Below, in pieces: positions 12,754 through 24,339 of a stretch of DNA of 64,000 bases. Positions within the stretch are counted from its first letter, which is position 1, and every line of letters begins with the position of its first letter. Made by a program: the position numbers and the translations under genes. The notes below the pieces were generated by a model that was not told where the DNA came from, did not search any database, and worked only from the letters and a program-made list of their open reading frames with translations. Location of the stretch: positions 50,592,001-50,656,000 of the forward strand of contig NC_043002.1 of assembly GCF_006345805.1 (NCBI RefSeq), read 5' to 3'. The DNA comes from Octopus sinensis. Taxonomy: Eukaryota.

Positions 12754-12764
12754 TGAATATTATT

Positions 12765-13118
12765 GAAGAACCACATGGTTCCAGGTTCAGTCCTACTGCA
12801 TGGCATCTTGAGAAAGTGTCTTCTACTATAGCCTTGGGCCAACCAAAGCCTTGTGAGTGGATTTGGTAGACGGAAACTGAATGAATCCCGTCGTGTATAT
12901 ATATATATATGTGTGTGTGTGTTTGTCTCCCTAGCATTGTTTGACAACCAATGCCGGTGTGTGCAGGCTCCGTCACTTAGCGGTTCGGCAAAAGAGACCG
13001 ATGGAATGAGTACTGGGCTTACAAAGAATAAGTCCCGGGGTCGATTTGCTCGACGAAAGGCAGTGCTCCAGCATGACTGCAGTCAAATGACTGAAACAAG
13101 TGAAGGAGTAAAAGAGTA
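12765..13118 (+). mobile_element. SINE family A, 5' truncated
   Basis: Core, internal (TA)(TG)n and tail present. Confidence 0.88.
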
Positions 13119-13234
13119 ATTTATGGTGCATTTTAGAAAAAAACAAGTAAGGAGTCGATATCCGCCACTATCATGCCCGGGTGCACGTGCAAACATATGT
13201 TTCTATACATGCGTATATGCAAGTATTTTTATGT

Positions 13235-13299
<65 letters not shown>

Positions 13300-13339
13300 A
13301 TATATATTTATTTATTTATTTACACATATATATTTGTAT

Positions 13340-13560
13340 TTAATGTACTATTTTGTGTGTATTCCACTGATGAGGCAAAGCATTTCTTATGCAAAGACAG
13401 AAATCCGGGATCTAGAATTATCCAATAATTTCTTGCTAGTTTATTTTGTCTCTTTGTGTTCTCTCCTGGTGCTATATGAACATAATGTGGTCTTAGATTC
13501 AAGTTTTGGCTGCTATATCTAGCATGGTGGTATCTTTTAGATACCCTTATTTATAATTTT
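13340..13560 (+). mobile_element. Short hammerhead-bearing non-coding element (family G) next to a (TA)n tract
   Basis: Its 3' part CTGGTGCTATATGAACAT..TTGGCTGCTATATCTAGCATG..TAGATACCC recurs at 45293-45366 (-) and as the 52251-52440 foldback. Confidence 0.7.
13361..13418 (+). ncRNA. Degenerate type I hammerhead ribozyme
   Basis: ATTCCA-CTGATGA-[stem II region with GCAT/ATGC hairpin]-GAAA-TCCGGGA-T-C-TAGAAT; near-palindromic stem III; stem I 5/6; base of stem II imperfect. Confidence 0.6.
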
Positions 13561-14399
13561 AATAATAATTATTATATATATATATAATATATACAAATAC
13601 ATGCATACATACTGACACACATATACATACACACAGATATATCGTATATTATATATGTGTGTATGTATTTATATGTATATATGGTTTTGAATTTGAAGAA
13701 GTTATAATTTTCCATTAGCGTGTAAGGTGAGTTGGAAAGAGAGTGCAAATGCAAAGCGTGTGTATGCGTATTGTGCGTATAAGTGTATGTGTGTATGTAT
13801 ATATGTATGTATGTATCTATTTGTCTGTCTATCTGTCTGCCTGTCTCTCTGTCTATCTGTCTCTCTATCTATGCATATATATTTGTCTGCACACACACAC
13901 ACACATACACTGACATACACACGCACGTACATGATATAAATATAAATGTACATACATGTATAGATATATATATATACACACATACATTACGTACATACAT
14001 ACATATATGAAGACAACGGGAGCGAGCGTGTGACTGTCCGTGTCTAATAATTTTCCCGTCACCCCTCCAGTCACACCATACTTTAAACTGCACAGACCAC
14101 TTCGTGTACGTATATACAGAACTATCCCTATATGCGGTTGATTGTACGTCGTTTATACATACAAAAGAAGTGTGCTGAGCGCTGGCTGACTTTACATTGT
14201 TTTCTGCTGTTGTTAATGTGTATATGTTTAAGATCAGATCGTGACAATACCAGCTTCTCTCTGTTAACCTTTGTATTCACTTATCGACGGTTATTAAGTG
14301 AATTTCAAATTTTGTGATTAAATTAAAGCGGAGACGTGTTGGGCATATTTTGTTGAATAAATAACGTTAGGACTTTTATTCATAGATGATATAGAGAGC

Positions 14400-14458
<59 letters not shown>

Positions 14459-14521
14459 CAGAGAGAGATATGGATAGACAAATAGAGAGATACGCCGCTA
14501 GAGAGTGATTGAAAGAAAACC

Positions 14522-14555
<34 letters not shown>

Positions 14556-14806
14556 GCATATGAATGTATACAAATATATGTATATAAAGGCATTGACATA
14601 TATATCAATGTATTTGTATATATATATATATACACACACGCAAATATATATATATATATATATATATGATATATATATATATATAGATATATATATTATA
14701 TATATATATATATACATGAACACTCGCATACACACGTAAGCATGTAACTTGCTTCATTTATGTCCGTCACATACTCTCTCTCTCTCCTCTCTCTCTTCTA
14801 TATATA

Positions 14807-14845
<39 letters not shown>

Positions 14846-14963
14846 CGCATACACTCTACACACACGCGCACAAAATGCAACAAAGCACACACACGCACAT
14901 GAGTGTGTATATGGAGGCGTGTGCGTATCTTTCTATAGATATTGATATTCAGACCTGTGATTA

Positions 14964-15001
<38 letters not shown>

Positions 15002-15423
15002 CATAGACTTATACGCGCATGTATATAAATATTTGTATTAGCACATTATCAAACGCACGTACTCATACACGTATGCGGTAATTGCACAAAGACATACAGA
15101 GATGAAAACAAACACACAAACATACGGGCAACCATACACGCATACACATACACATATACATTTGCTGTCTATATGGTAATGATTGTATGTTAACTACTGG
15201 GTTTCAATCCACTGTTGAAAGAAATCTAGTAATATAATGTACTATGAGCGCCATGAACACCACGACATCCGTTAATCTCTATGTTCCGTAATCTAACAAA
15301 TAGATGGTATACACCGCCTTCTAATGAATAACTTTGGCAGTTCTTTCTATCCTCCGCCAACTCCTTTTCCTCTTTCTCCCCCACACCATGATCATCATTA
15401 CCATGTGCTACACTGGTCTTGCG

Positions 15424-15660
15424 CAGTGCATCTCAACCAGGATTCATATGACTCATGGTGATCCATATAAGATTTTTTTTTTGTTAATATTTATGGCAAC
15501 AACCTTCTCATATTTCTTTTAAAATACACAAAATATTTCAACAATTTTTTCTTATACATTTCCTAATAATATTTAATATTGAAAATAGAATAGGTTTTTT
15601 TTAAAAGCATTGAATGGCAATGGGAGTCAAACGGAGTAAAACAGGAATCAAAGGGCTCCA
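15424..15660. mobile_element. Possible one-ended hAT-type MITE relic
   Basis: Begins CAGTGCATCTCAACC, similar to the TIR at 3637; no right TIR seen. Confidence 0.3.
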
Positions 15661-15717
15661 CAAGAAAAAAAAAAAAAGAGAAACGTGTGAGTCAAATGCC
15701 CGAGGTGATCGTCACTG

Positions 15718-15761
15718 CGTTACTGAGGAGAAAAAATCAGGCCGAAACACTGTGTCTGGTG
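15718..15761 (+). ncRNA. Degenerate type I hammerhead ribozyme
   Basis: CGTTA-CTGAGGA-G..CC-GAAA-CACTGTG-T-C-TGGTG; GUC triplet; stem III ACACTGTGT; stem I pairs only with three G.U wobbles; stem II eroded. Confidence 0.5.
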
Positions 15762-16242
15762 ATCTACCGCCGTTCTGACTGAAATCCTAATCTTTTTTAC
15801 GGACAATTCTCTATGAGATTTTTCTATGAGACAACGTTCTGTAGCAGGTGCCGTTCCACATTTATAAACACGGTGGTATATATGCTTACACGAACACACA
15901 CACGCACGCGCGCACACACACATACACTCACACACACAAACACGCGCATACACTCATATATATTTGAGTTCCATATGAAATTTGCTATCAAATTTGTAAA
16001 TTATACTAGCGATATGTAGCCTGTCGGTAGATTTACTTTTCCGTGGTTTAATCTTGTTAACAAGATTATTAGCTTTAATGCTTCAGTAATATATATTGTT
16101 AATAATTTAGTAGGCTCTATTATTAGTGCTTTACTAGTATGTTATTAGTGTTTGTCTAAACGAAATTCATTTTTTGCTCTGTATTCTATTATTTCATTTT
16201 CAACCAATAATTAGTAGCAGTATATTTACAGGTTTCCAATAA

Positions 16243-16342
16243 NNNNNNNNNNNNNNNNNNNNNNNNNNNNNNNNNNNNNNNNNNNNNNNNNNNNNNNNNN
16301 NNNNNNNNNNNNNNNNNNNNNNNNNNNNNNNNNNNNNNNNNN
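16243..16342. other. Assembly gap (100 N)
   Basis: Run of n. Confidence 1.
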
Positions 16343-16391
16343 TAGGTACATACATATATGTTTATATATATGCATATGTTTTATTTCAATA

Positions 16392-16445
<54 letters not shown>

Positions 16446-16494
16446 GTGTGTGTTTGTGTGTGCTTGTGTGTGTATATGTTTGTGTATGTTTTTG

Positions 16495-16690
16495 TGTCTA
16501 TGTTTGTCTCCCTACAATCGATGCTGGTGTGTTTACGTCCCCGTAACCTGGCGGTTCGGCAAAAGAGCCACATAGAATAAGTACTAGGGTTACAAAGAAT
16601 AAGCCTTGGGTTCGATTTCCGCAAGGCGTTGCTCCAGCATGGCCGCAGTCAAATGACTGAAACAAGTAATAGGTTAAAAGAGTAAAAAAA
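16495..16690 (+). mobile_element. SINE family A 3' half
   Basis: Tail CTCCAGCATGGCCGCAGTCAAATGACTGAAAC. Confidence 0.85.
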
Positions 16691-16969
16691 ACTGTGTGTG
16701 CGCGTGTGTTTGTGTATGCGTGTGTGTATATGTTTTGATTTAATCAATACTAACTGTACACATGTAAGTTAGATGTAATTGTTTATACAAACGTGTGTGT
16801 GTGTGTGTGTGCGTGCGTATGTGTGTCTATACGTGCATGATTGTACGTGTGTGTGTGTTGCTATGCATATTTGCCTCTGAATTTGTGTGTGCGTGTGTGT
16901 GTGTGTTTTTATTGGGGGGGTTGTATTTGACTTTATCAAGGAAATGGGGATTTTTCTCTGTATGTGTTT

Positions 16970-17006
<37 letters not shown>

Positions 17007-17689
17007 CGTGTGCGTGTGTGTGTGTTTAAGTATGAATATGTGTTTAAGTAGGTTCGTGCCTGTGTGAGTGTTTGACTGTGTGTGCGCGCGTGAGTGCGTG
17101 TACAGGTTTGTGTCTGTGTGTATGTGTGCTTTTGTGTGTATGCGTGTGCGTGTGTGTATAACGTATGCTTCAATAAGCCATGTGGTGTTCGTGCGTGTCT
17201 ATGAATGTATGAATGCATGGATGTATATGTGTGAGTGTGCGTGTGTGTTTGTTTATGTGTGTGTGTAAGTATATATTTCAATAAGTCGTGTTGTGTTGTG
17301 CGTGTGTGTATCAATGTGTATGTAAGTGTAGGTGCGGGTGTGTTTGTGTGTGTGTGTGTGTTTGTGTGTGTGTGTTTGTGTGAGTGTAGCTGTAATTTGG
17401 TTTACATCGTCTGATGTATCAATAACAATAAAAGAAGTTCAAATAATTGAACTTATTACTTATTACGCGTAAGTGGCTGAGTATCTCGCATAAACGTGTA
17501 ACATTCCTGAACGTAATTCCCTGCCCACATTACTTGCATTTAAAATTACAGTCTGTCCAGCAGTATACCATAATACATACATACATACGCATACGTATAC
17601 ATATATACATGCATACATACAAACTTACATCTAGCCATCCATCCATACATACACATATACATTCATACGCACATGCATATATTTAAGCA

Positions 17690-17842
17690 GACATGGCTGT
17701 GTGGATAGAAGTTTGCTTCCCAAACTCATGGTTCCGAGTTCAGTTTCACTGCGCGTCACTTTGGGCACGTGTCTTCTACGATAGCTCCGGGCCAATTGTG
17801 AGTCGTAGACTGAAAGGTAGTTGTAGACTGAAAGAAGCCGGT
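17690..17842 (+). mobile_element. SINE family A 5' half
   Basis: Head TGGCTGTGTGG and core TTGGGCACGTGTCTTCTACGATAGC. Confidence 0.75.
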
Positions 17843-17843
17843 C

Positions 17844-17904
<61 letters not shown>

Positions 17905-17910
<6 letters not shown>

Positions 17911-18162
17911 ATTGACCGAGGTTACCGTGGTCTTTTCCGTAGGCTTTTCTTTCCACGGGTAAACCTCACCTGTCCTCCCCTTTACACTTCATATTGACAT
18001 TTCTGTGAAAACGATCCCTATTGATCAATTCCCCCCCCCTTCTTTCCTTTTACGATCCCTTTTGATCGAAAACCAACCCCCCTTTTTTTACCCCCAAAAG
18101 AAAAGCTCTACCTTGTAATTTGTCCTGTCTGTGTGCAGCCCTGTGTGGCTAATAAAGAAACA
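17905..18162 (+). repeat. Unclassified repeat fragment in a (TATC)n tract; 3' end resembles SINE D tail 1
   Basis: TTGTCCTGTCTGTGTGCAGCCCTGTGTGGCTAATAAAGAAA vs TTGTCCCTTCTGTGTGTAGCCCCTTGTGGGTAGTAAAGAAA at about 53640-53680. Confidence 0.5.
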
Positions 18163-18228
<66 letters not shown>

Positions 18229-18323
18229 CCAACCTATCTGTCTGTCTGTCTGCCTTCCAACTGTCTGTCGGTATGTTTGTCTGTCTTTCTGCCTGCCTGT
18301 CTTTCTATCTATCTATCATCTAG

Positions 18324-18560
18324 TGAAGGCGCATGGTTCAGTGATTAGAGTGTCGGGCTCACAACTATGGGGTAGTGATTTCGATTCTAGGACTGGGATG
18401 TGTGCTGTGTTGTGTTCTTGAGCAAGACACTTTATTTCACGTTGCTCCAGTTCACTCAGCTGTAGAAATGAATTGCGACTTCACTGGTACCAAGCTGCAT
18501 CATCCTTTGCCTCTCCCTTGGATAACATCAATGGCGCGGTGAGGAGAGGCTGGTATGCAA
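18324..18560 (+). mobile_element. tRNA-derived CORE-type SINE (family C)
   Basis: A box TGGTTCAGTGA, B box GATTTCGATTC; CTTGAGCAAGACACTTTATTTCACGTTGCTCCAGTTCACTCAGCTGTAGAAATG resembles the MIR/CORE domain as recalled. Confidence 0.7.
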
Positions 18561-18699
18561 TTCCAAGGTCCATAATCATTCATGATCGAAGGGCTTTTTA
18601 CCCTTTTATCTCTCTCTTTCTCTCTCTATCGCGTTCTCTCTGTCTCACACATATTCTGTCTCTCTTCTCTCTCTTTATCTATGCGCGCGTGTCCTTGAG

Positions 18700-18902
18700 C
18701 TTGCTTTTTCCCCCACCCCGTCGCAACCGCTTAGCAACAGGTATTGGTTTGCTTACGTTTCCGTAAATTAGCGATTTCAGGAAAAAGAGAGATTTAGAAT
18801 AAGTTCCAGAAATTAGAAAGAAAAAAAACTAATGGAGTCGATTTGTTCCATTAACCCTTGAAAGCGATGCCCCAGCATGACCGTAGTCTAATAACTGAAA
18901 AA
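18700..18902 (+). mobile_element. SINE family A 3' half, diverged
   Basis: GCCCCAGCATGACCGTAGTC tail. Confidence 0.65.
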
Positions 18903-19198
18903 AATAAATGACTTATCTATCTATCTATCTATCTGAAAACACTCACACACAGACTCTCACCCACGCGCGCACGCACACACACATACATTCTTCTATTGGA
19001 TCCAGTCAGAGGCTGGCTGTTAATGCCTATTTCCCACTTATTCCTCGACCCTGTTTCCCCGGAATCAATACTGGTGAAGTAGTAAACTGGACAAAACTGC
19101 ACTGCTCTCTACGTCTAGCCTTGCCGCGATTGGTTCATCTGGTGTCTATCACCAGATGAACCCATGTATACATACATACATACATACATACATACATG

Positions 19199-19231
<33 letters not shown>

Positions 19232-19366
19232 ACATATGTATATGTAAACATATATATATGCATGTATATATGTGTATATAAATACATATATATATATACC
19301 CATATATATATAAACATATATGTATATATATATGTATATGTATGTATATATATATATAGATATGTG

Positions 19367-19419
<53 letters not shown>

Positions 19420-19654
19420 TATATACCCCATTCATGATCGAAGGGCTTTTTACCTTTTATCTCTCTCTTTCTCTCTCTATCGCGTTCTCTCTGTCTCATA
19501 CATATTCTGTCTCTCTTCTCTCTCCACTGGAATGGGAGAAAGCGCTAATAATCCGAATGATATGATCTGAATGATATGATATATATATGTAAAAAATGTA
19601 ATATATAAATAAATATCTATAAATATGAACCATCCGATCTGATTACCTCATTTC

Positions 19655-19697
<43 letters not shown>

Positions 19698-19817
19698 GTA
19701 TGTCTGTATGTATGTAGGTAGGTAGGTATATTGCTGCAAACAGGAAAAATTGAACTCTAAATATGAATATATGTATATTTTTTATTAATATTTAGCAGAA
19801 GTTACAGAGTGACCCTA

Positions 19818-19877
19818 GGTCCGAGAATTTCGTGCGTTGGCATTCATCAAAGTGCCAACGTACGAAATTTTCGGACC
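19818..19877 (+). ncRNA. 60-nt hairpin, pre-miRNA-like candidate
   Basis: 25-bp stem GGTCCGAGAATTTCGTGCGTTGGCA / TGCCAACGTACGAAATTTTCGGACC, fully paired with 2 G.U; 10-nt loop; no second copy seen in the window. Confidence 0.35.
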
Positions 19878-19932
19878 ATGAGCCATTCTGTTGCTTCTGC
19901 TAAGTATTAATGAATAAACACACACACACACA

Positions 19933-19987
<55 letters not shown>

Positions 19988-20004
19988 CACACACACACAC
20001 ACAC

Positions 20005-20495
20005 ATTTCTTGTTTCAGTCATGCTGGAGTACAACAGCCTTTAAAATTCTCAGCCCAATGAATCGACCCTAGAAATTTTCTCATTAAAGTCTGGTATTTA
20101 TTCTATATTGTTATTAAGCCGAACCGTTAAGTTACGGGGAGGAAAACACAACACCGGTTGTCAAATGGTAGGGTGAGTAACTGACACAAAGACAAACACA
20201 CATTCACACACACACGCACGCATACACACACGCACGCACGCACACACGCACGCACGCACACACACGCACACGCACGCACACACACGCACACACACGCACA
20301 CACACGCATACACACACACACGCACACACACACACACACACACACCACACACACACACACATAAACGAAGGGCTTCTTTCAGTTTTCCGTCTACGAAATC
20401 AACTCACAATGCTTTGGCGGGCCGAGGCTACAGTAGACACTTGCGTAAGGTGCCACGCAGTGGGACTAAACCCTGGTACCATGTGCTTCTTACCA
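20005..20495 (-). mobile_element. SINE family A with expanded internal (CA)/(CG) microsatellite
   Basis: Tail at about 20005-20170 and head at about 20365-20495 on the minus strand. Confidence 0.75.
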
Positions 20496-20951
20496 CAAAC
20501 CCATGCCTGGTGTGAGAGAGAGAGAGAGAGAGGGAAAGTGAGAGAGAGAGGAAAAGAGAGAGAGAGAGACGGAGAGAGAGACAGAGAGAGAGAGAGAGTC
20601 AGAGACAGAGAGTGAGAGAAAGGGAGATAGATACATAGATAGATCGATAGAGAGAGCAAGATAGATAGACAGATAGATAGATAAATAGACAGTGAGAGAG
20701 AGAGAGGAGAGAGGAAGGCGTGCGTATTTGTGTGTATTTGTGTGTGTATCAGTACTTCCTTTCATCATGATGTTTCGCAGTAGTATCGAGCCGGTGACCC
20801 CTTACAAAGCGAACATGCTAACAACTGAATCATGTTTGAGTGTGTTTGTGTGTAAACGTGCAACTGTGTATGAGAGTCCATGTTTAGGTGTAAGCGTGAC
20901 TGTGAAAGTAATTTCCGATGCACACTTGAGTGTATGCAAGTGTGAGTGCGT

Positions 20952-20982
<31 letters not shown>

Positions 20983-21294
20983 GTAGTACAAAAAGGGAGG
21001 AATTTCGATTATCCCCACGTTGTGGGTTGTAATATATGTAATAAATTAAAGAAGGAAAATGCACCAATTACCTCATTTTAGGTTTTGTACTTGACTCATC
21101 ATTCATAAACTCCACACACAACATGGACAAAAATTTTTTTCTTAAGAAAATACAGATTTAGATAAATTTTAATGTCATGAATAGCGAAAGCGAAACCTGT
21201 CGACAAACAATACAAGATATATTAAAAATTTTATCAAAACTATGTAAAGTGTGTGCATTTTCTCTCTTTAATTATATATATAATATATATATAT

Positions 21295-21327
<33 letters not shown>

Positions 21328-21479
21328 ATATATATATACATATACATATATGTATGCATAAGAAGCATGTGAGCGTTCAATCATCTACTGGTTTCTGTCA
21401 CTGGATTGCGGACATGCTGAAGCACCATCTTCGGTGGTATAGTTATTTAAATACAAGCCTCTAATTCTTTTAATCACTA

Positions 21480-21870
21480 GTAAGAATATTGGTTTCATAT
21501 TTTGAAATTTCGAGGGAGAGGTGTAAGTCGATTACATCGACCCCCTGTACTCAACCGGTACTTATTTCATCCACTTCGAAAGGATGAAAGACAACGTCAA
21601 CCTCGGCGGAATTTGAATTCAGAACGGTTCTGCCAGCGCGCAATATAAGTATTCCTTTCTACTAAAGCCACAAAGCTTGAAATTTGTGGTGAGGGGGGGG
21701 CTAGTTCATTACATTGACCCCAATGCTGAACTGGTAATTAATTTAACAACCCCGTAAGGATAAAAAGCAAAGTCGACCTCGGCGGAATTTGAACTTAGAT
21801 CGTAAAGACTGACGAAATGCCGCTAAATGTTTTAGCCGGCGTGATAACGATTCTGTCTGTTCATCGGCTT
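21480..21870 (-). mobile_element. Two fragments of tRNA-derived SINE family D
   Basis: GTCGACCTCGGCGGAATTTGAAC and AAGTCGATTACATCGACCCC motifs shared with 53507-53862. Confidence 0.8.
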
Positions 21871-22039
21871 CTCTAGTAGAAATATTAGCGAGATCGTAAG
21901 GATGAAAATAAAGTGGACATGTGCTGGAATTGAACTCAGAAACAAAAATAGAAGAGTCCTTAAAACCACACTTGATTCTTCCTTTTTGTCGAACGTTCAA
22001 ATCATACTGATATCGATCTGTGATTAGCAGCAACTCCTC

Positions 22040-22440
22040 GTAGAATTTTCAGTCGAACGGGTGGACCACACTACTTATGTCTTAAAAAGCCTCATATTTA
22101 TTCTATAGATCTCTTTCACTGACCCAGTACGTTACGAGAACGTAAACGCACTAACATCGGTTGCAAAGTGCTGTCGGACAACACTTCGCGCGCGCAAACA
22201 TATCTCTCTCTCTCTCTCTCTCTCCCTCTCTCTCTCTCTCTCTCCCCCTCTCTCTCTCTCTCTCTATCTATCTAAATATATATCTACCTATCTATCTATA
22301 GGACAGGTTTCCTTCAGCTTCTATCTACCGAATCCACTTTAAAGACTTTGATCGACCCCTCCTGAAGTTGCCACGCAGTGGGACTGAACGCGGAGCTATG
22401 TGTTTAGGAAGCAAACATCTTACCACACAGCCAAAGGTTC
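22040..22440 (-). mobile_element. SINE family A fragments
   Basis: CCACGCAGTGGGACTGAAC..CTTACCACACAGCCA head on the minus strand; diverged tail at about 22040-22185. Confidence 0.65.
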
Positions 22441-23553
22441 CCTCATAGACGCACGTGCACCCATTTACATGCTTATATACGCATATATATATATATATAT
22501 ATGCATATATATTTATACATACGTACACATATACTTACATACATAGATACATACATACATACATATATGCGTGAGTATGTATATGAATATTTGTGTGTTG
22601 TGTCCGACATTGCGGAATAATTCGTGTAATTTAGATACAAACTAGGTAGTGTATGTATGTATGTACGTATTTATGTATGTATGTAAGTGCATGTATATGT
22701 TGGCATGTACAAATACATCTATGTATTTATGCATATATTTATATGTGTATACGTATGCATGTATATGTGAATGTATGTATATTTATATGTGCGTGTCTGT
22801 GAATATGCATGTATGTATATTATTGTATACTTGTATATGTTGGTCTTATATGTGTACGTATGCATGTATGTATGCATGTATGTAATATATATATGAATGT
22901 ATGTACGTATATATATGTATGTAATGTATGTATGTATATATGTGTGTGCGTACTAAGCTTCTGGAATGTGTTACATATTTTTGCCATTTCCATATATGCC
23001 TTGTGATTATAATTTCTTAATTAACCATGTCGTTAATCCACAGTCAGGAAAACGAAACCGGGTCGCAGTTTGAAGCATAGCTCCCCTTTGCTTATTTATC
23101 TATGCACATACGTGGAAGACTGTTGTTCCTTTTTTTCTTTTTTTGCTCTGTATACGATTAAATTCGTGCATGTACATGCGTGTATTTGTAGCGGGGATGT
23201 GAGCGAGTGCTTTTTTCTGTGCAAATATAAATGAATCTAGAGGATTATGTGTGTGTGCGTGTGTGCGCGTCAGCCTGTGTGTTTGTATGTACATACATGC
23301 TCGCTCAAACAAACACATATATGCCTCTGTGTGTGCGCGTGTCTGTGTGTGTGAGTGTGTGTGAGTGTGTGTGCATTTGCTTGTGAGTGTGTATGCATTA
23401 GCGCGCATGTATGCATTATATATATAATATATATATATATAATATATATATATAAATATTATAATAATCCAGGTTTCTCGGAGCACTGGGCCACTTGGTG
23501 TTGAATAGATATACTATTAAATTAGTATCTAATTCTCTCACCCTTATTATTAA

Positions 23554-23640
<87 letters not shown>

Positions 23641-23642
<2 letters not shown>

Positions 23643-23820
23643 GTTAATCCAAACAAGAAAACACAGAAAAAACACAGCAACGCGAGGACGTGGAACAATT
23701 AAAGTATTATTTGACGCTCAGGAAAGAAGGGAAGGAGGGCTTAACGTTTCGAGCGGAGCTCTTCGTCGGAAACAAAGGAGAAGGAAAAATCCCGAGAAGG
23801 GAAGACAGAGGAAAAAAATA
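23641..23820 (-). mobile_element. Hammerhead-bearing short element, family E (ribozyme 23739-23773, core CCGACGA)
   Basis: Minus strand GTTT-CCGACGA-A-GAGC-TCC-GCTC-GAAA-CG-T-T-AAGC; flanked by (TA)n; homologous to the 40329, 40587, 54497 and 54833 copies. Confidence 0.75.
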
Positions 23821-24339
23821 TTTTTGCTGGTGGTGCTCAAGAGATCACATGTTGAAAGCCATATATATATATATTATATATATATATATTATATATATAT
23901 ATATATAATATACACACCACATATCATACATATGGTGTATTTGTGGTGTGGTATTTGAAACCGTTAAGGGTTTTAATCGAACGAATGGACCGCACTACCT
24001 ACTCCCTTTTCAAACCCTATCTTTTTCTTTTTAACAAAGCGCTAACTTACAGGGACGTTAACAAACCAATACCGAATGTCAAACACTGGTCCAAAGAAAC
24101 ACAAATACTATGACATACGCACATAAATAGATGTACACACACACGAGCGCACAACACCTCACACACACATATGCACATATATATGTATGCATATATATAT
24201 ATATGTATGTGTGTATATATATATATATATTATTATATATATATATATATTTACGTGTATGTGAATTAAACAAACGGAGTGGACCTAAATACGAGGTATA
24301 TTGTGTGTGTGTTTGCGCGTGTCTGTGTATTTAGGAAAA

